This document shows, piece by piece, positions 34,577 to 45,108 of a stretch of 64,000 nucleotides of DNA (within the stretch, counting starts at the first letter, position 1; each line of letters opens with the position of its first letter). Source of the stretch: Myxococcales bacterium. Its GTDB lineage: Bacteria > Desulfobacterota > Binatia > HRBIN30. A program made the translations under genes and the position numbers. Under the pieces are notes generated by a model, which worked only from the letters and a program-made list of their open reading frames with translations, made no database searches and was not told the DNA's origin. The DNA is taken from assembly GCA_037445065.1 (NCBI GenBank), contig JBBILD010000008.1, positions 423 to 64,422 of the forward strand, written 5' to 3'.

Positions 34577-35800
34577 TCAAGAGCGACTGGCGTCTTGAGG
34601 GCGCGTTTCTGCGTACGCCTGCAAGATGCGCCGCGCCACCACCATTTTGTGCACTTCATCTGGCCCGTCATAAATGCGCGCGAGGCGCGCCTGGCGGTAG
34701 AAGAAAGACAACGGCAGGTCGTCGCAAACTCCAGCGGCCCCAAAGATCTGTACGGCCTTGTCAATCACGCTGTGCAGCATACGCGCCCCGAAAAATTTGA
34801 TGAGGGAGATTTCTTCGCGCGCCGCGTAGGTTCCCTCGGTGTCGATCTTCCAGGCCGCGTGCAGGGTCATCAGGCGGGCAGCTTGGATCTCGGCGCGGGC
34901 CTCTGCGATCCAATCTTGGATATTTGCCTTGCGCGCGAGCGTGCTGCCGAAGGCCTCCCGTTGGTTGGCGTAGCGGCACATCAGTTCAAAGGCGCGTTGC
35001 GCCATGCCGAGCCACCGCATGCAGTGGTGGATGCGGCCCGGCCCCAGGCGCTCTTGCGCGATCATGAACCCCATACCCTCTTCGCCGAGCCGGTAGCTCA
35101 CCGGAACCCGGCAGTTCTCGTACCAAATTTCCGCGTGGTGGTTGTCGTCATCGCCGAGAACGGAGAGACCCCGGGCGATGCGGAACCCCGGGGTATCGGT
35201 GGGCACAATGATGAGGCTGTAGCGCAGGTAGGGGTTGTCGCGCTGCGGATTGGTGAGCGCCACCACAATCGCAAATGCCGCTCCGTGCGCCCCGCTCGTG
35301 AACCATTTGTGCCCATTGATCACGTAGAAGTCGCCGTCGCGTACGGCGGTCGTACGCAGGAGGCGCGGGTCCGAGCCTGCCACCTCCGGCTCGGTCATGG
35401 AAAAGCAGCTACGAATCTCGCCGCGCACCAGCGGCCAAAACCAGCGCTGTTTTTGTTCCTCTGTGCCAAATCGCCAGAGGATTTCGGCGTTGCCGGAGTC
35501 CGGGGCTTGTGAGCCGCAGACTACGGGCGCGATCGGCGAGCGCCCGAGCACCTCGTTCACGAACACGTACTGCATGAACGGCAGCCCGGCCCCTCCGGCC
35601 TCGCGCGGCAGGTGGAATGCCCAATAGCCCAACGCCTTCGCCTTGTTTTGCAGCTCTCGAATCTGGGGTGGATACGGTGGCCCGTGTTCCTGTAGTACCC
35701 AGCGTTCACGGCGGCGCTCCAACGGATAAATGTGCTCTTCCAGAAACTGGTGCAAATTGCGGCAGAGCTCCTGGGTTTCCTCCGGGATCGAAAAATCCAT
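34577..35800 (-). CDS. Acyl-CoA dehydrogenase family protein
   Basis: 407 aa. Catalytic-region motifs (CFSMTEPEVAGSDP, YDGPDEVHKMVVARRIL). Confidence 0.9.
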   Translation of the reverse strand: MDFSIPEETQELCRNLHQFLEEHIYPLERRRERWVLQEHGPPYPPQIRELQNKAKALGYWAFHLPREAGGAGLPFMQYVFVNEVLGRSPIAPVVCGSQAPDSGNAEILWRFGTEEQKQRWFWPLVRGEIRSCFSMTEPEVAGSDPRLLRTTAVRDGDFYVINGHKWFTSGAHGAAFAIVVALTNPQRDNPYLRYSLIIVPTDTPGFRIARGLSVLGDDDNHHAEIWYENCRVPVSYRLGEEGMGFMIAQERLGPGRIHHCMRWLGMAQRAFELMCRYANQREAFGSTLARKANIQDWIAEARAEIQAARLMTLHAAWKIDTEGTYAAREEISLIKFFGARMLHSVIDKAVQIFGAAGVCDDLPLSFFYRQARLARIYDGPDEVHKMVVARRILQAYAETRPQDASRS

Positions 35801-35845
35801 CGCGCACCCTCCTCGGGCAGTGTCTGCGCCAAAGGATCGGTTCGG

Positions 35846-36781
35846 TCAACCAGCCCTAGCTTGCTCGAGTGTTGGATCGCACGGGAGGAATTCCAAAAAG
35901 CGGCGTGCGGCTGCGGCTGCGTTGCTGGCTGCATAGCGGTAGTAAGCGGAAAATTGCGCGAGGAACCCACCCAGTGAAAGCGGATCCCCTGGGCCGTCGG
36001 AGACCGCCCGGAAGGCCACGAAGGGAATGCCGGCCTGCGCTGCCACCTCGGCGATGGCGGCTGTCTCCATGTCTTGAATCGACGGCTCTGCGGCCGCCTG
36101 CGGCGCCAGATGCACGGGGCTTTGCTTCGTGCGGGGAGCGGCGTTTGCTGCAGGAACATCGCAGCCGTATAGATCGTCTCCTCCCTCTTGGCAGGGGAAC
36201 GGACGGCCAGCGAACGGATCATCACTAAGACCAAGATCCACGGCGAGCAGGCGCGGTGCTTCGGGCATGCACACTGGAAGGAGCCCGCCGGGGAGCTGCG
36301 CCGAGGTGCAGCGCTGCAGACCGGCCTCGGCTCTCGCGGCGATGCGACGTACCAGGTTCCACCAGGGCAAGTGCACCGTGAATTCCCTTCCGTCCCGCAG
36401 CATCCAGCGCCGGGGAACAACCACGCTCCCAATGGGCACGCGACTGCTCCCCGCCACGCCGACTACGAGCACCGCTCGCGGTGCAAAGTGCTGGATGGTC
36501 AAAGAGGCGACGCGGCGGGCATTGGCCAACCCGATCCCGGTCATGGCGATGATCCCGGGATGACGGCCGACTTGCGCGCGACGGAACCTCTGACCGTCCA
36601 CGACCAACAGTTCGGTTCCTGAGGAATGCTGGAGGACCGCCTCCAACTCGGCCGGGAAGGCGCTCAAAACGGCGAGCGGTGGCTGGTCCCCTGACGGACA
36701 CAGTGGCTCTCCGTCACTGCCGCAACCGGCGGCGACCAGTGACGCGACAAGGATGACAAATCGAGCGAGCTTGGCTTGCAT
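35846..36781 (-). CDS. Lipoprotein of the PNP_UDP_1 phosphorylase superfamily (MTA/SAH-nucleosidase-like)
   Basis: Lipoprotein signal MQAKLARFVILVASLVAAGC. Nucleosidase motifs (GIIAMTGIGLANA, AVLVVGVAGS, METAAIAEVAAQAGIPFVAFRAVSD). Confidence 0.75.
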   Translation of the reverse strand: MQAKLARFVILVASLVAAGCGSDGEPLCPSGDQPPLAVLSAFPAELEAVLQHSSGTELLVVDGQRFRRAQVGRHPGIIAMTGIGLANARRVASLTIQHFAPRAVLVVGVAGSSRVPIGSVVVPRRWMLRDGREFTVHLPWWNLVRRIAARAEAGLQRCTSAQLPGGLLPVCMPEAPRLLAVDLGLSDDPFAGRPFPCQEGGDDLYGCDVPAANAAPRTKQSPVHLAPQAAAEPSIQDMETAAIAEVAAQAGIPFVAFRAVSDGPGDPLSLGGFLAQFSAYYRYAASNAAAAARRFLEFLPCDPTLEQARAG

Positions 36782-36934
36782 CCGCGTTGCAGGAGGTGCG
36801 TGTGCGTTCCAGCAAGTTCTGCTGGCTCTGGCAAGAGCCATGGTGAGAACAGGATGACCCTAGCCGTGGCCCCTTTTGTGCCGCCGGATTGGCTGGTAGA
36901 AGCCGCGCATTCCACGAGGAAAGGCAGCGTAGCG

Positions 36935-37354
36935 ATGCAGGTCGGTACATGGGTGGCTTTGTCTTTGGCCTTGTTCGCGGTTTCGGGCACGCGCCTAGGA
37001 CCACCTCCGGTGGTGCTGGATTTAGGGCCGCTCGAACCAACGCCTGTGCCTACCCCTGCGCAGGCCCAGAAAAAGCGACTCATCACCACGCTCACGCTGC
37101 AAAACAGCCCGAAGGGCGACACAGTCGTTACCTTCGAAGCCACCGACGTCGTCGAGGAGGAGGGAGGTACGTTTCGCACCTTCGCTTCGAAACAGTACTC
37201 ACTGGCGGAAGCCCAGGAAAAGCCCGAACTCAAGCCTCTTGCTCGGCAAATTGTCGAACAAATCCGTGTCCTGGAAGGCGAGCTGCTCGACTACGTGGAG
37301 AAGGCAGGCGCGCCCAAGCCGCGCGCGCCGATGACGGGCGGCCAGCGCCCTTGA
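36935..37354 (+). CDS. Hypothetical small secreted protein
   Basis: Signal-peptide-like MQVGTWVALSLALFAVSG. Charged helical C-terminus. No known motif. The longer ORF from 36776 overlaps the divergent lipoprotein gene. Confidence 0.35.
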   Translation: MQVGTWVALSLALFAVSGTRLGPPPVVLDLGPLEPTPVPTPAQAQKKRLITTLTLQNSPKGDTVVTFEATDVVEEEGGTFRTFASKQYSLAEAQEKPELKPLARQIVEQIRVLEGELLDYVEKAGAPKPRAPMTGGQRP

Positions 37355-37400
37355 GCAGCGTGCGATCGGGATTCGTCCCTGCCCGCAGGCGGCGCGCCGC

Positions 37401-40400
37401 TTACTCGGAACCGAGCAGCTGCACCAGTGCCACCACGTCGGCCGCGGTGACGTGCCCGTCCCGATTGACGTCGGCGCCTGCCCCGGGCGGCAACTCCTCG
37501 AACACAACGGCGAGTAGAAGCTCGAGGTCGAGTCCATCCACCGCGCCATTTCCGTCAACGTCTCCGGTGAGACCCGAGTGCGTCGGGGTAAGCGAAGGGG
37601 TGCGCGTGGCCGTGCGTGTCCGTGTAGCAGAGGCGGTAGGAGAGCGCGAAGGCGTCGGTGTGACCGTGGGTGTCGGGGTCATAGTCACGGTCGGGGCGGG
37701 GGTATTGGCCGAGCCGAGAAAAAACGGAGCGTAGCGCAGCAGGTTGACGGTAGCCGGCCCCTGGGTCGCCAGCCTTCCCAAGAAACAGTAGTTGAGAGTG
37801 CTGGCGATGACCCGGCCCTCCCCGTACACATACTCGACCAGACTCGGGCCATTGGCATTTTCCAACAGCACGGTTGCGTTCGGCGGAAGATTGGTGAGAA
37901 TTCCTTCGTCCGTGGGACCCCAACCCGCAAAGTCTGCCGTGGTCAGTGAAACGCCGCCGAAGCCGTTCCCCGTGAAGTACGGGTGCTCAGGGGCGAGGAG
38001 CGTTTCGCTGTCGTGCACGGCCGTTTGCGCGAAGCCGACCCCACCGGGCGCAACGTTGGCCTGATCCCCGAATCGGCCGGCAACGTGGATCACCGCCACG
38101 CCGCCGCTTGCCACGAACTGTTCGATGAGTCCACCGGGGCCGACAAGCCGCTGCAGCACGAGGTAATCGTCGAGGGAGAGGCCGGGGGGTACGTATAGGG
38201 TTTGAAACAACTCCCGGATTGCGGACGGATCTTGTCCCTCGAGGCTGGTCAACGGCCGCACGGCGGTTTGGAACCCGACCGCGGTTGCGAGGTCGAAGAT
38301 GCAGTCAATCTGATTGTTCCCGGAGGCAAATAGGAAGGGTATTCGCGGAATCGGGGTAGGCGTGGCCGTGGGTCGAGTCCCAGTCACTGTGGGTTCCGGG
38401 GTTAGGGTGCGGGTGAGCGTCGGCGTGGAAGAGGGTCGGGTTTGGGATGGAGTTGGGCTGGCCGTGGCGGAGGCGGTGAGCGACGGGGTGACGCTACGCG
38501 TAGGGGAAGCGGTTCGCGTCGGTGACAAGGTCGCGAGTACCGTGGGTGTATCGGAGGCCGTCGCTGTCGGGGACGAGGTCAGAGAGTAGGTGGGGGATGG
38601 CGAGAATGTCGCGGTCTGGCTGGCGGTTGCGGTTCGAGTTCGGGTCGGCGTCAGTGAGGGGGTAGAAGTCAGTGTAAGCGAGGGAGTTGGGCTTGGCGTG
38701 GCACTCGGAGTGAAGGTCACGGTGGCAGGAGGAGTGGGAGTTTCCGTGGGTGTCCAGGTATGAGTCGGGGTCACGGATGCGGTGGCGCTCGCGGTCGCAG
38801 TAGTCGTAGGTGTAGGGGTGGGTGTCGGCACTTCGTAACATACCTCAACCCAAACGCTGGTGGTGCGGACGTTGTCGCCGGCGCCAACCTGGTGAGCGAC
38901 ACCGGCTTGGATGCGGTTCACATCCGCCCACGTCCATTCCGAGCCAAAGGCAGGATTGAGGCACGGTGGGGGACCGGGTGTGGGAGCGATTCGTTGGCAG
39001 AAGTTCTGCACGATCTCGGTATAGTGGGTGCCCAGGTTTCGATAGACAGGGTTGGTTGGGTAGATCGTGGATGTGCCTCCACGTAGTAACGCAGCCGCCT
39101 GGCTGCGCGGAGCCGCGTTGATCGAGCGGGACACCACGTGCACGTTGACCGCGACGATACGTTCCGAGCGTGGGAGAGTATCTTCGATCGCGTACATGTC
39201 GACCTGTGGGCCGGGCCCGCTGGTGTCGCGATCGTAGAACACGAAGCTGGCATCCCCGTCGTCCCCGATGACGCATTGCCAGTTTGCCGTACAGCCAAAG
39301 CGGAAATTGGCCGGCGCCTCGGCAGGACCATTCGGCGCAAGCGCGATGCAGTTCGGCCCAGAGGTGGGGAATTGGATGGGAGTGTTGGTCGGTGTGGCAC
39401 TTTGCGTGGGCGTGGGAGTGATGGTGGGGGTCATGGTCAGGCAGAACCCCCCGCTGCACAGAGCCTGAAACACCGGGGTGCTGCCAGCCGGGCAGCGACC
39501 TCCGGCAGGCAAGCCGCAAGCGCGTTGCTCTTCGGAAAGAGGAATTTCGCAGCAGTCGTTGGGGCCGAGGGTGGGTGTCAGCGTAGCAGTGGGGGTGAGG
39601 GTTGCAGTCAAGGTAGGTGACAGAGTCGGGGTCAGGGTGGGGGTGTGGGTGTACGTGGCGCACTGCCCGTCTCCGAGGCAGGCCGCTTGGTAAACGATGA
39701 CTCCGGGGCCGCACTCGTGGTCGAAAGGCACGCGGCAGACAAGCAGGCCCCCAGTCACTGCTTGGCAGCAGTCCTGGGTTCCCGGTGTGTTGGTCGGGGT
39801 GGGGGTTTCTGTCGGCGTGGCGGTGCGCGTCGGCGTGCGCGTGATGGTGGGGGTGGTGGTGCGGGTCGGAGTTACCGTGAATGTAGGCGTAGACGACGAG
39901 GTCGGCGTGCGGGTGGGTGTCAGAGTGAGTGTAGGCGTGCCCGACGGCGTGTCCGTGCTTGTGGGGGTGGGTGAAGGTGAAGGGGTTGGTGTTGCGCTTG
40001 GAGTGTCTGTCGGGGTTTGCGTTCGCGTAGCCGTGGCCGTGGAAGTGGGAGTAGAGGTACGAGTCGCGGTCGGTGTCTCGGTTGCAGTCGGAGTCTCGGT
40101 GGGGGTCGCTGTCGGTGTAGGGGTGTACGGGAGGCAGGTGCCGTCAAAGTTGCACACAGCGTTAGGCACGAACTCGCACTGCGTCACATTGGAAAGGCAG
40201 GTGCCAGTGTCGGTATTGCTACAAAAGGGGACTCCCTCGATCGGGCAAAAGCAACAACCCTCCTGAGCGCTCGAGGGAGCGAGGGTGCCGGCGCACGCGA
40301 GGAGCAACAGGGCGAAGGTGGCCACAGAAAGGCAAGTCCAGGAGCGCCGAAAGTTCAGCGCCGTGCCTCCGAGCGGCCGAATAGCTGTGCGTCGGCGTTC

Positions 40401-40403
40401 CAC
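37401..40403 (-). CDS. Large secreted modular protein: 3x Cys-rich modules, unknown central domain, ThuA/class-I-GATase-like domain, C-terminal dockerin; five PT-rich linkers
   Basis: Signal peptide ([18 protein letters not shown]). Three ~40-aa modules each with a CC-x-C ... C pattern (CCFCPIEG..., DCCQAVTGG..., DCCEIPLSE...). Module ([28 protein letters not shown]) resembles the ThuA-like amidotransferase fold. C-terminal duplicated Ca-binding dockerin repeats ([21 protein letters not shown] ... [21 protein letters not shown]) at about 37404-37577. Confidence 0.9.
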   Translation of the reverse strand: MERRRTAIRPLGGTALNFRRSWTCLSVATFALLLLACAGTLAPSSAQEGCCFCPIEGVPFCSNTDTGTCLSNVTQCEFVPNAVCNFDGTCLPYTPTPTATPTETPTATETPTATRTSTPTSTATATRTQTPTDTPSATPTPSPSPTPTSTDTPSGTPTLTLTPTRTPTSSSTPTFTVTPTRTTTPTITRTPTRTATPTETPTPTNTPGTQDCCQAVTGGLLVCRVPFDHECGPGVIVYQAACLGDGQCATYTHTPTLTPTLSPTLTATLTPTATLTPTLGPNDCCEIPLSEEQRACGLPAGGRCPAGSTPVFQALCSGGFCLTMTPTITPTPTQSATPTNTPIQFPTSGPNCIALAPNGPAEAPANFRFGCTANWQCVIGDDGDASFVFYDRDTSGPGPQVDMYAIEDTLPRSERIVAVNVHVVSRSINAAPRSQAAALLRGGTSTIYPTNPVYRNLGTHYTEIVQNFCQRIAPTPGPPPCLNPAFGSEWTWADVNRIQAGVAHQVGAGDNVRTTSVWVEVCYEVPTPTPTPTTTATASATASVTPTHTWTPTETPTPPATVTFTPSATPSPTPSLTLTSTPSLTPTRTRTATASQTATFSPSPTYSLTSSPTATASDTPTVLATLSPTRTASPTRSVTPSLTASATASPTPSQTRPSSTPTLTRTLTPEPTVTGTRPTATPTPIPRIPFLFASGNNQIDCIFDLATAVGFQTAVRPLTSLEGQDPSAIRELFQTLYVPPGLSLDDYLVLQRLVGPGGLIEQFVASGGVAVIHVAGRFGDQANVAPGGVGFAQTAVHDSETLLAPEHPYFTGNGFGGVSLTTADFAGWGPTDEGILTNLPPNATVLLENANGPSLVEYVYGEGRVIASTLNYCFLGRLATQGPATVNLLRYAPFFLGSANTPAPTVTMTPTPTVTPTPSRSPTASATRTRTATRTPSLTPTHSGLTGDVDGNGAVDGLDLELLLAVVFEELPPGAGADVNRDGHVTAADVVALVQLLGSE
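38352..38831 (-). repeat. Tandem degenerate ACN-CCN (Thr-Pro) codon repeat, ~480 bp (linker 4 of the dockerin protein)
   Basis: Encodes ~160 aa of near-pure P/T/S/A linker. On the plus strand it reads as gtnggngtn repeats, which produces the artefactual Val-Gly-rich antisense ORFs. Confidence 0.85.
39777..40127 (-). repeat. Tandem Thr-Pro codon repeat, ~350 bp (linker 1 of the dockerin protein)
   Basis: Encodes aa 93-209 ([27 protein letters not shown]...). Shorter copies at 39564-39653, 39369-39440 and 37578-37709. Confidence 0.85.
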
Positions 40404-40476
40404 GTGCGCGGACCATTCGTTGACTTGCAGAAGGGCCTCTGTTACCGGCTTGCACCTTGCCGCGCAAGGTCCAAAA

Positions 40477-41772
40477 ATGAAAATCGCTTCCGTGAAGGGG
40501 TTTCACGACGTCCTCCCGGGAGAGAGCGCGCGCTGGGCTAGATTGGAGCAGTGTGCCCGCGAAGTGTTTCGCCGCTACCGCTTCCGTGAGATCCGCATTC
40601 CGATCGTGGAGCGTACCGAGTTGTTTCAGCGTTCGATCGGAGACACCACCGACATCGTAGAAAAAGAAATGTACACATTCACGGATCTGGACGGCAGCGC
40701 CTTGACCCTGCGTCCAGAGGGTACGGCAAGTGTGGTGCGAGCCTACGTGGAGCATTCGTGGTGGCTGCAGGAGGCAGTCGCCAAGTGGTTTTACCTCGGG
40801 CCGATGTTTCGCCGCGAGCGTCCGCAAAAGGGGCGCTCGCGCCAGTTTCACCAGATCGGGGCGGAGGTCCTCGGGCGCGAAGACGCGGCGATCGACGCCG
40901 AGGTCCTCATGTTACTGCACGATCTGTTATCCGCGTTCGGGTTACCCGCCTTTTCGTTGGAACTGAACTCGCTGGGCGATGGGCAATGCCGCCCGGCGTA
41001 TCGTGACCACTTACGGCGGTATGGCGAAGAGCACGAGAAGGACCTGTGCGAGAATTGTCGCCGCCGCTTGGAACGAAATCCGCTGCGTTTACTCGACTGT
41101 AAAATGGCTTCGTGTCGGCACGTCATGGCTTGTGCGCCCGTGATGCTCGATCATTTGTGCGCAGGGTGCCGGCAGCACTTCGATCAGGTGTGCCGCCTCT
41201 TGGACCAGATGAAGGTGCCGTATCACTTGCAGCCTCGCATGGTGCGCGGGCTGGATTATTACGTGCGGACGGCCTTCGAGGTGACCGCACCGGGGCTCGG
41301 CGCACAAAATGCGGTCGGTGGTGGCGGGCGTTACGATACGTTGGTGCGAGAACTTGGCGGCCCAGAGGTGCCGGGGATCGGTTTTGCCCTGGGGGTCGAG
41401 CGCTTGCTACTTGCTCTGGGTTCGGGGGCACCCGCCTTAGAAGAGCGGCCGGACTTGCTGATTTTGCCGGTGGACAGTGCTGGCCAAATGCAAGCGCTGC
41501 AGCTCGCGCAGCGCTGGCGGCAGCAGGGTCTCAGCATTGACGTGGGAACGAGCGAGCGTAGCCTGAAAAGCCAGATGCGCGCCGCCGACAAGCAGGGGGT
41601 GCGAGTGGTCGCCATCATCGGCGAGGCGGAACGGGAAGCGGGTGCGGCGACGGTGCGCGACATGGTCGGGAAGCGCGACCTGCCTCAGGCAGTTCCATTT
41701 GACTGGAGCGGCGAGCAGTTGCGGGCGTTTCTGGCCGGCCTAGGTACTGGTCAATCGGCCGTGTCGTTCTGA
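40477..41772 (+). CDS. hisS: Histidine--tRNA ligase
   Basis: Class-II motifs and HisS signature ([31 protein letters not shown]). C-terminal anticodon-binding domain. Start refined to ATG at 40477. Confidence 0.93.
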   Translation: MKIASVKGFHDVLPGESARWARLEQCAREVFRRYRFREIRIPIVERTELFQRSIGDTTDIVEKEMYTFTDLDGSALTLRPEGTASVVRAYVEHSWWLQEAVAKWFYLGPMFRRERPQKGRSRQFHQIGAEVLGREDAAIDAEVLMLLHDLLSAFGLPAFSLELNSLGDGQCRPAYRDHLRRYGEEHEKDLCENCRRRLERNPLRLLDCKMASCRHVMACAPVMLDHLCAGCRQHFDQVCRLLDQMKVPYHLQPRMVRGLDYYVRTAFEVTAPGLGAQNAVGGGGRYDTLVRELGGPEVPGIGFALGVERLLLALGSGAPALEERPDLLILPVDSAGQMQALQLAQRWRQQGLSIDVGTSERSLKSQMRAADKQGVRVVAIIGEAEREAGAATVRDMVGKRDLPQAVPFDWSGEQLRAFLAGLGTGQSAVSF

Positions 41773-41795
41773 CTCAGAATCCCACGAGGGACATC

Positions 41796-43619
41796 ATGGC
41801 ACAACTAGAGGAAGCAGGGCTTCTGCAAGGACTCGGTTCGTGGCGCCGCTCGCATATGTGCGGGACACTACGGGCTAGCGAGGCCGGGCAAGAATTGGTG
41901 TTGATGGGTTGGGTAGACTCTCGGCGCGATCATGGCGGCCTGATTTTCGTAGACTTGCGTGACCGCACTGGGGTCATCCAAGTGGTGTTCGACCCGCGCC
42001 GCGGCCCGCAAGCGTTTCCCATTGCGGAGCGCTTGCGCAGCGAAGCCGTGCTCGCGGTGCGCGGTCGGCTCGAGCGGCGGAGTGCGGAAACCGTGAACCC
42101 TCAGATTCCGACCGGCGAGGTCGAACTGGTGGCCAGCGAGGCTCGTCTTCTGAATTCCTCGCGCCCCCTCCCCTTCGCTCTCGATGCAGCAGGGGAGGTC
42201 GCGGAAGCTACGCGCCTCAAATACCGGTACCTGGATTTGCGCCGGAAAGAAGTGCAAGAGCGGTTTGTACTGCGTCACCGACTCGCTAAGGCAGTGCGCG
42301 ACTACCTCGACCGGCAAGGCTTCTTCGAACTCGAGACGCCATTTCTCACGCGCAGCACGCCTGAGGGTGCACGGGACTACCTGGTACCGAGCCGGGTAAA
42401 CCCGGGCAAGTTTTATGCGCTGCCTCAGTCGCCCCAGCTCTTCAAACAGTTGTTCATGGTTTCCGGCTTCGACCGGTATTTCCAAATCGTGCGCTGTTTC
42501 CGTGACGAAGATCTACGAGCTGACCGGCAACCGGAGTTTACACAGATCGACTTGGAGATGTCCTTCGTCGGGCCTGAGGACGTCATGGCGGTTACCGAGG
42601 GCATCCTGCGCGCCGCATGCGCGGTGTGCGGCATCGAGTGGAAGGAGCCGGTGCGGCGCATGAGCTACCAAGAGACAATGGATCGCTACGGGACGGACCG
42701 GCCGGACCTGCGCTTTGGACTCGAGCTGACGGACGTTTCCTCAGCGCTCCGCAACTGCGAGTTCAAGGTGTTCCGCGAGGCTTTGGAGCGCGGCGGAATT
42801 GTCAAACTCTTGCGCCTAGAACAAGGCGACCGGCTCTCCCGCAAAGACTTGGATAACCTTCCCGCGCTGGTCGCGCCGTTCGGGGCAAAGGGCGTGGCCT
42901 GGGTGCGCCTGCAGGCCGACGGCTGGCAGTCGCCGATTGCGAAGTTCCTCAAGCCGGAAGAGCGCTCTGCGATCGAAACGGCATGTGGAGCCAAGCTCGG
43001 AGACCTGCTGCTGTTCGTTGCGGATCGTCCGAAGGTCGTGAACGATTCGCTTTCGTATTTGCGCCTCCACTTAGCGAACCAACTGCAGATGATCCCCTCG
43101 GATCGGTGGGAATTTGTGTGGATCACAGATTTCCCGCTGGTGGAGTGGGACGAAGAAGAGAAGCGCTACGTTGCGGTTCACCACCCCTTTACCTCGCCGC
43201 GCGAAGAGGATTGGGACCGCCTCGAGACCAGCCCGGCTGAGGTGAGAGCCTTGGCTTACGATATTGTCTTGAACGGCACCGAGCTGGGAGGGGGAAGCAT
43301 CCGGATCCATCGCCCAGATCTTCAGTCTCGGGTGTTTCAGCTATTAGGCATCAGCGAAGCCGAGGCCAGACAAAAGTTTGGCTTCCTGTTAGATGCCTTG
43401 GCGTTTGGCGCTCCTCCCCATGGCGGGATCGCATTGGGCTTCGACCGGATCGTGATGCTGCTCAGCGGTGCGGCTTCATTGCGCGATGTGATTGCCTTTC
43501 CTAAGACGCAGAAGGCTGTATGCTTGCTCACTGACGCACCCAGCGAGGTTGAGCCAAAGCAATTGCGGGAACTGGGGCTGAGGTTGAGTCTGGCCCGCCC
43601 TGGGGAAGCGCAAAAATGA
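41796..43619 (+). CDS. aspS: Aspartate--tRNA ligase
   Basis: 607 aa. N-terminal OB anticodon-binding domain (LMGWVDSRRDHGGLIFVDLRDRTG). Class-II motifs (FFQIVRCFRDEDLRADRQPEFTQID, GGGSIRIH, GGIALGFDR). Confidence 0.95.
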   Translation: MAQLEEAGLLQGLGSWRRSHMCGTLRASEAGQELVLMGWVDSRRDHGGLIFVDLRDRTGVIQVVFDPRRGPQAFPIAERLRSEAVLAVRGRLERRSAETVNPQIPTGEVELVASEARLLNSSRPLPFALDAAGEVAEATRLKYRYLDLRRKEVQERFVLRHRLAKAVRDYLDRQGFFELETPFLTRSTPEGARDYLVPSRVNPGKFYALPQSPQLFKQLFMVSGFDRYFQIVRCFRDEDLRADRQPEFTQIDLEMSFVGPEDVMAVTEGILRAACAVCGIEWKEPVRRMSYQETMDRYGTDRPDLRFGLELTDVSSALRNCEFKVFREALERGGIVKLLRLEQGDRLSRKDLDNLPALVAPFGAKGVAWVRLQADGWQSPIAKFLKPEERSAIETACGAKLGDLLLFVADRPKVVNDSLSYLRLHLANQLQMIPSDRWEFVWITDFPLVEWDEEEKRYVAVHHPFTSPREEDWDRLETSPAEVRALAYDIVLNGTELGGGSIRIHRPDLQSRVFQLLGISEAEARQKFGFLLDALAFGAPPHGGIALGFDRIVMLLSGAASLRDVIAFPKTQKAVCLLTDAPSEVEPKQLRELGLRLSLARPGEAQK

Positions 43620-44251
43620 TCATCCGCGGCGGCCAGCTCTGCACGCTCCGCTGGCTTGCGGGTGCGATCGCGGCATGTGCGATCTCGAGTTGCGGATGGC
43701 TGTATCGTATGCCTCCTCTCGACGAACCGGTGGAGACGCTGGCGGTCCTGCCTCTGGAACGCGAGCCTGCTTTGGCCGGAAAAGAGAAAAGTGTTCCTCC
43801 CGGTGCGGAGCGAATCGTTACGGCCCAGATTTACGGCGTCTTGGCGGAGTCGCCTCATTGGCGGTTCGTCCCCGACGTAACGGTGGAGCAAGCCTTGGCG
43901 CGCATCCCCCCGGGTCTACATGGTAAAGAACGGGCACGGGAGCTAGGCCGTGCCGTCAAGGCTGACGCCGTTTTGTATGGTCGCGTGGAGCGGTACGTGG
44001 AGCGTACAGGGGGAGAGTATGGGGCGGCCAAGCCTGCTTCTGTGGCGTTCGAGCTGGCGCTGGTTTCCGTGGCGAGTGGAAAGGAGTTGTGGCGGCGGCG
44101 CTTTGCTCAAACGCAACAGCCGCTGACTTCCAACTTGCTGAACTTCTGGATGTTTTGGCGCGCGGGCCCACGCTGGTTCTCGGCCCAGGAACTGGCTCGG
44201 CTCGGGGTGGAGCGTTTGCTCGAGGACTTGCGGCGTCGCACTCCGGGTTGA
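43616..44251 (+). CDS. Lipoprotein of unknown function, translationally coupled to aspS
   Basis: ATGA start/stop overlap with aspS. Lipobox AISSC after a hydrophobic leader. About 185-aa mature domain without recognised motifs. Confidence 0.6.
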   Translation: MIIRGGQLCTLRWLAGAIAACAISSCGWLYRMPPLDEPVETLAVLPLEREPALAGKEKSVPPGAERIVTAQIYGVLAESPHWRFVPDVTVEQALARIPPGLHGKERARELGRAVKADAVLYGRVERYVERTGGEYGAAKPASVAFELALVSVASGKELWRRRFAQTQQPLTSNLLNFWMFWRAGPRWFSAQELARLGVERLLEDLRRRTPG

Positions 44252-44353
44252 GGGCCGTGCGGGTTTTTGGGGCGGGATGGGGCCTGCCACGTTCGGTGCG
44301 AAGGCGGTCTCTTGGCCTGGTGGCCCCGAGCAGGATCGGTTAACCGGACCTGC

Positions 44354-44902
44354 ATGGCGATCCTGAAAGTCGCCCGATTGGGGCATCCGATCCTCCGTAA
44401 GGTTGCAGCACCAGTCTCACCGGAAGCGATTTTGTCCCCGGAGGTCCAACAACTGATCGATGACATGATCGAGACCATGCGCGAGTACGATGGGGCTGGC
44501 TTGGCGGCCCCACAGGTACATGTCAGCAAGCAAATCACCGTGTACGAAGTCGCAGAAAATTTGCGCTACCCCGAGGCAGACGCCATCCCGCTGACCGTGT
44601 TGATCAACCCGCGGCTGACTCCCCTCACGGAAGAAATGGCAGAGGACTGGGAGGGTTGCCTCAGCGTTCCCGACTTGCGCGGGCGGGTGCCCCGCTACAC
44701 ACGGGTGCGCGTCGAAGCCTACGATCGCCGTGGCAAGAAACTGCAGTACGTGGCCGAGGGATTCCACGCTCGTGTCGTTCAACACGAGACGGATCACTTG
44801 CACGGTAAGGTTTACCTCGATCGGATGCGTTCGCTCGAGTCCCTTTCGTTCTTGCGCGAGTTCGTTCGTTACCATGCGGGCGGGGTGATCCGCGAAGATT
44901 GA
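44354..44902 (+). CDS. def: Peptide deformylase
   Basis: The three PDF motifs: GAGLAAPQV, EGCLSVP, HETDHLHG. Confidence 0.9.
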   Translation: MAILKVARLGHPILRKVAAPVSPEAILSPEVQQLIDDMIETMREYDGAGLAAPQVHVSKQITVYEVAENLRYPEADAIPLTVLINPRLTPLTEEMAEDWEGCLSVPDLRGRVPRYTRVRVEAYDRRGKKLQYVAEGFHARVVQHETDHLHGKVYLDRMRSLESLSFLREFVRYHAGGVIRED

Positions 44903-45108
44903 GCCGAGGGCGGTGGCGCCGGCAGGCGTGTGCGCGGAGAATCGCTGGCTGGCGTACCGTAGGTGCCTCCGCATGGAAGCGCTGGTCGCTTACCTGCGAC
45001 TCAAGGTGCGACGGGCGTGCCCGCAACTCGCAATGCCCGGCACGCATCCGCTATGCGGTTTGACAAAAAGCGGCGGCTTGTGGGGCCAGAGCAGCGGCCC
45101 GGCTGAAG

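Noticed and set aside
39697-40266. Plus-strand ORFs encoding VGVGVSVGV-type Val/Gly repeats (also 38314..38589, 37578..37949)
   Set aside because: These are the reverse-complement reading of the Thr/Pro codon repeats of the minus-strand dockerin protein, not glycine-rich proteins.
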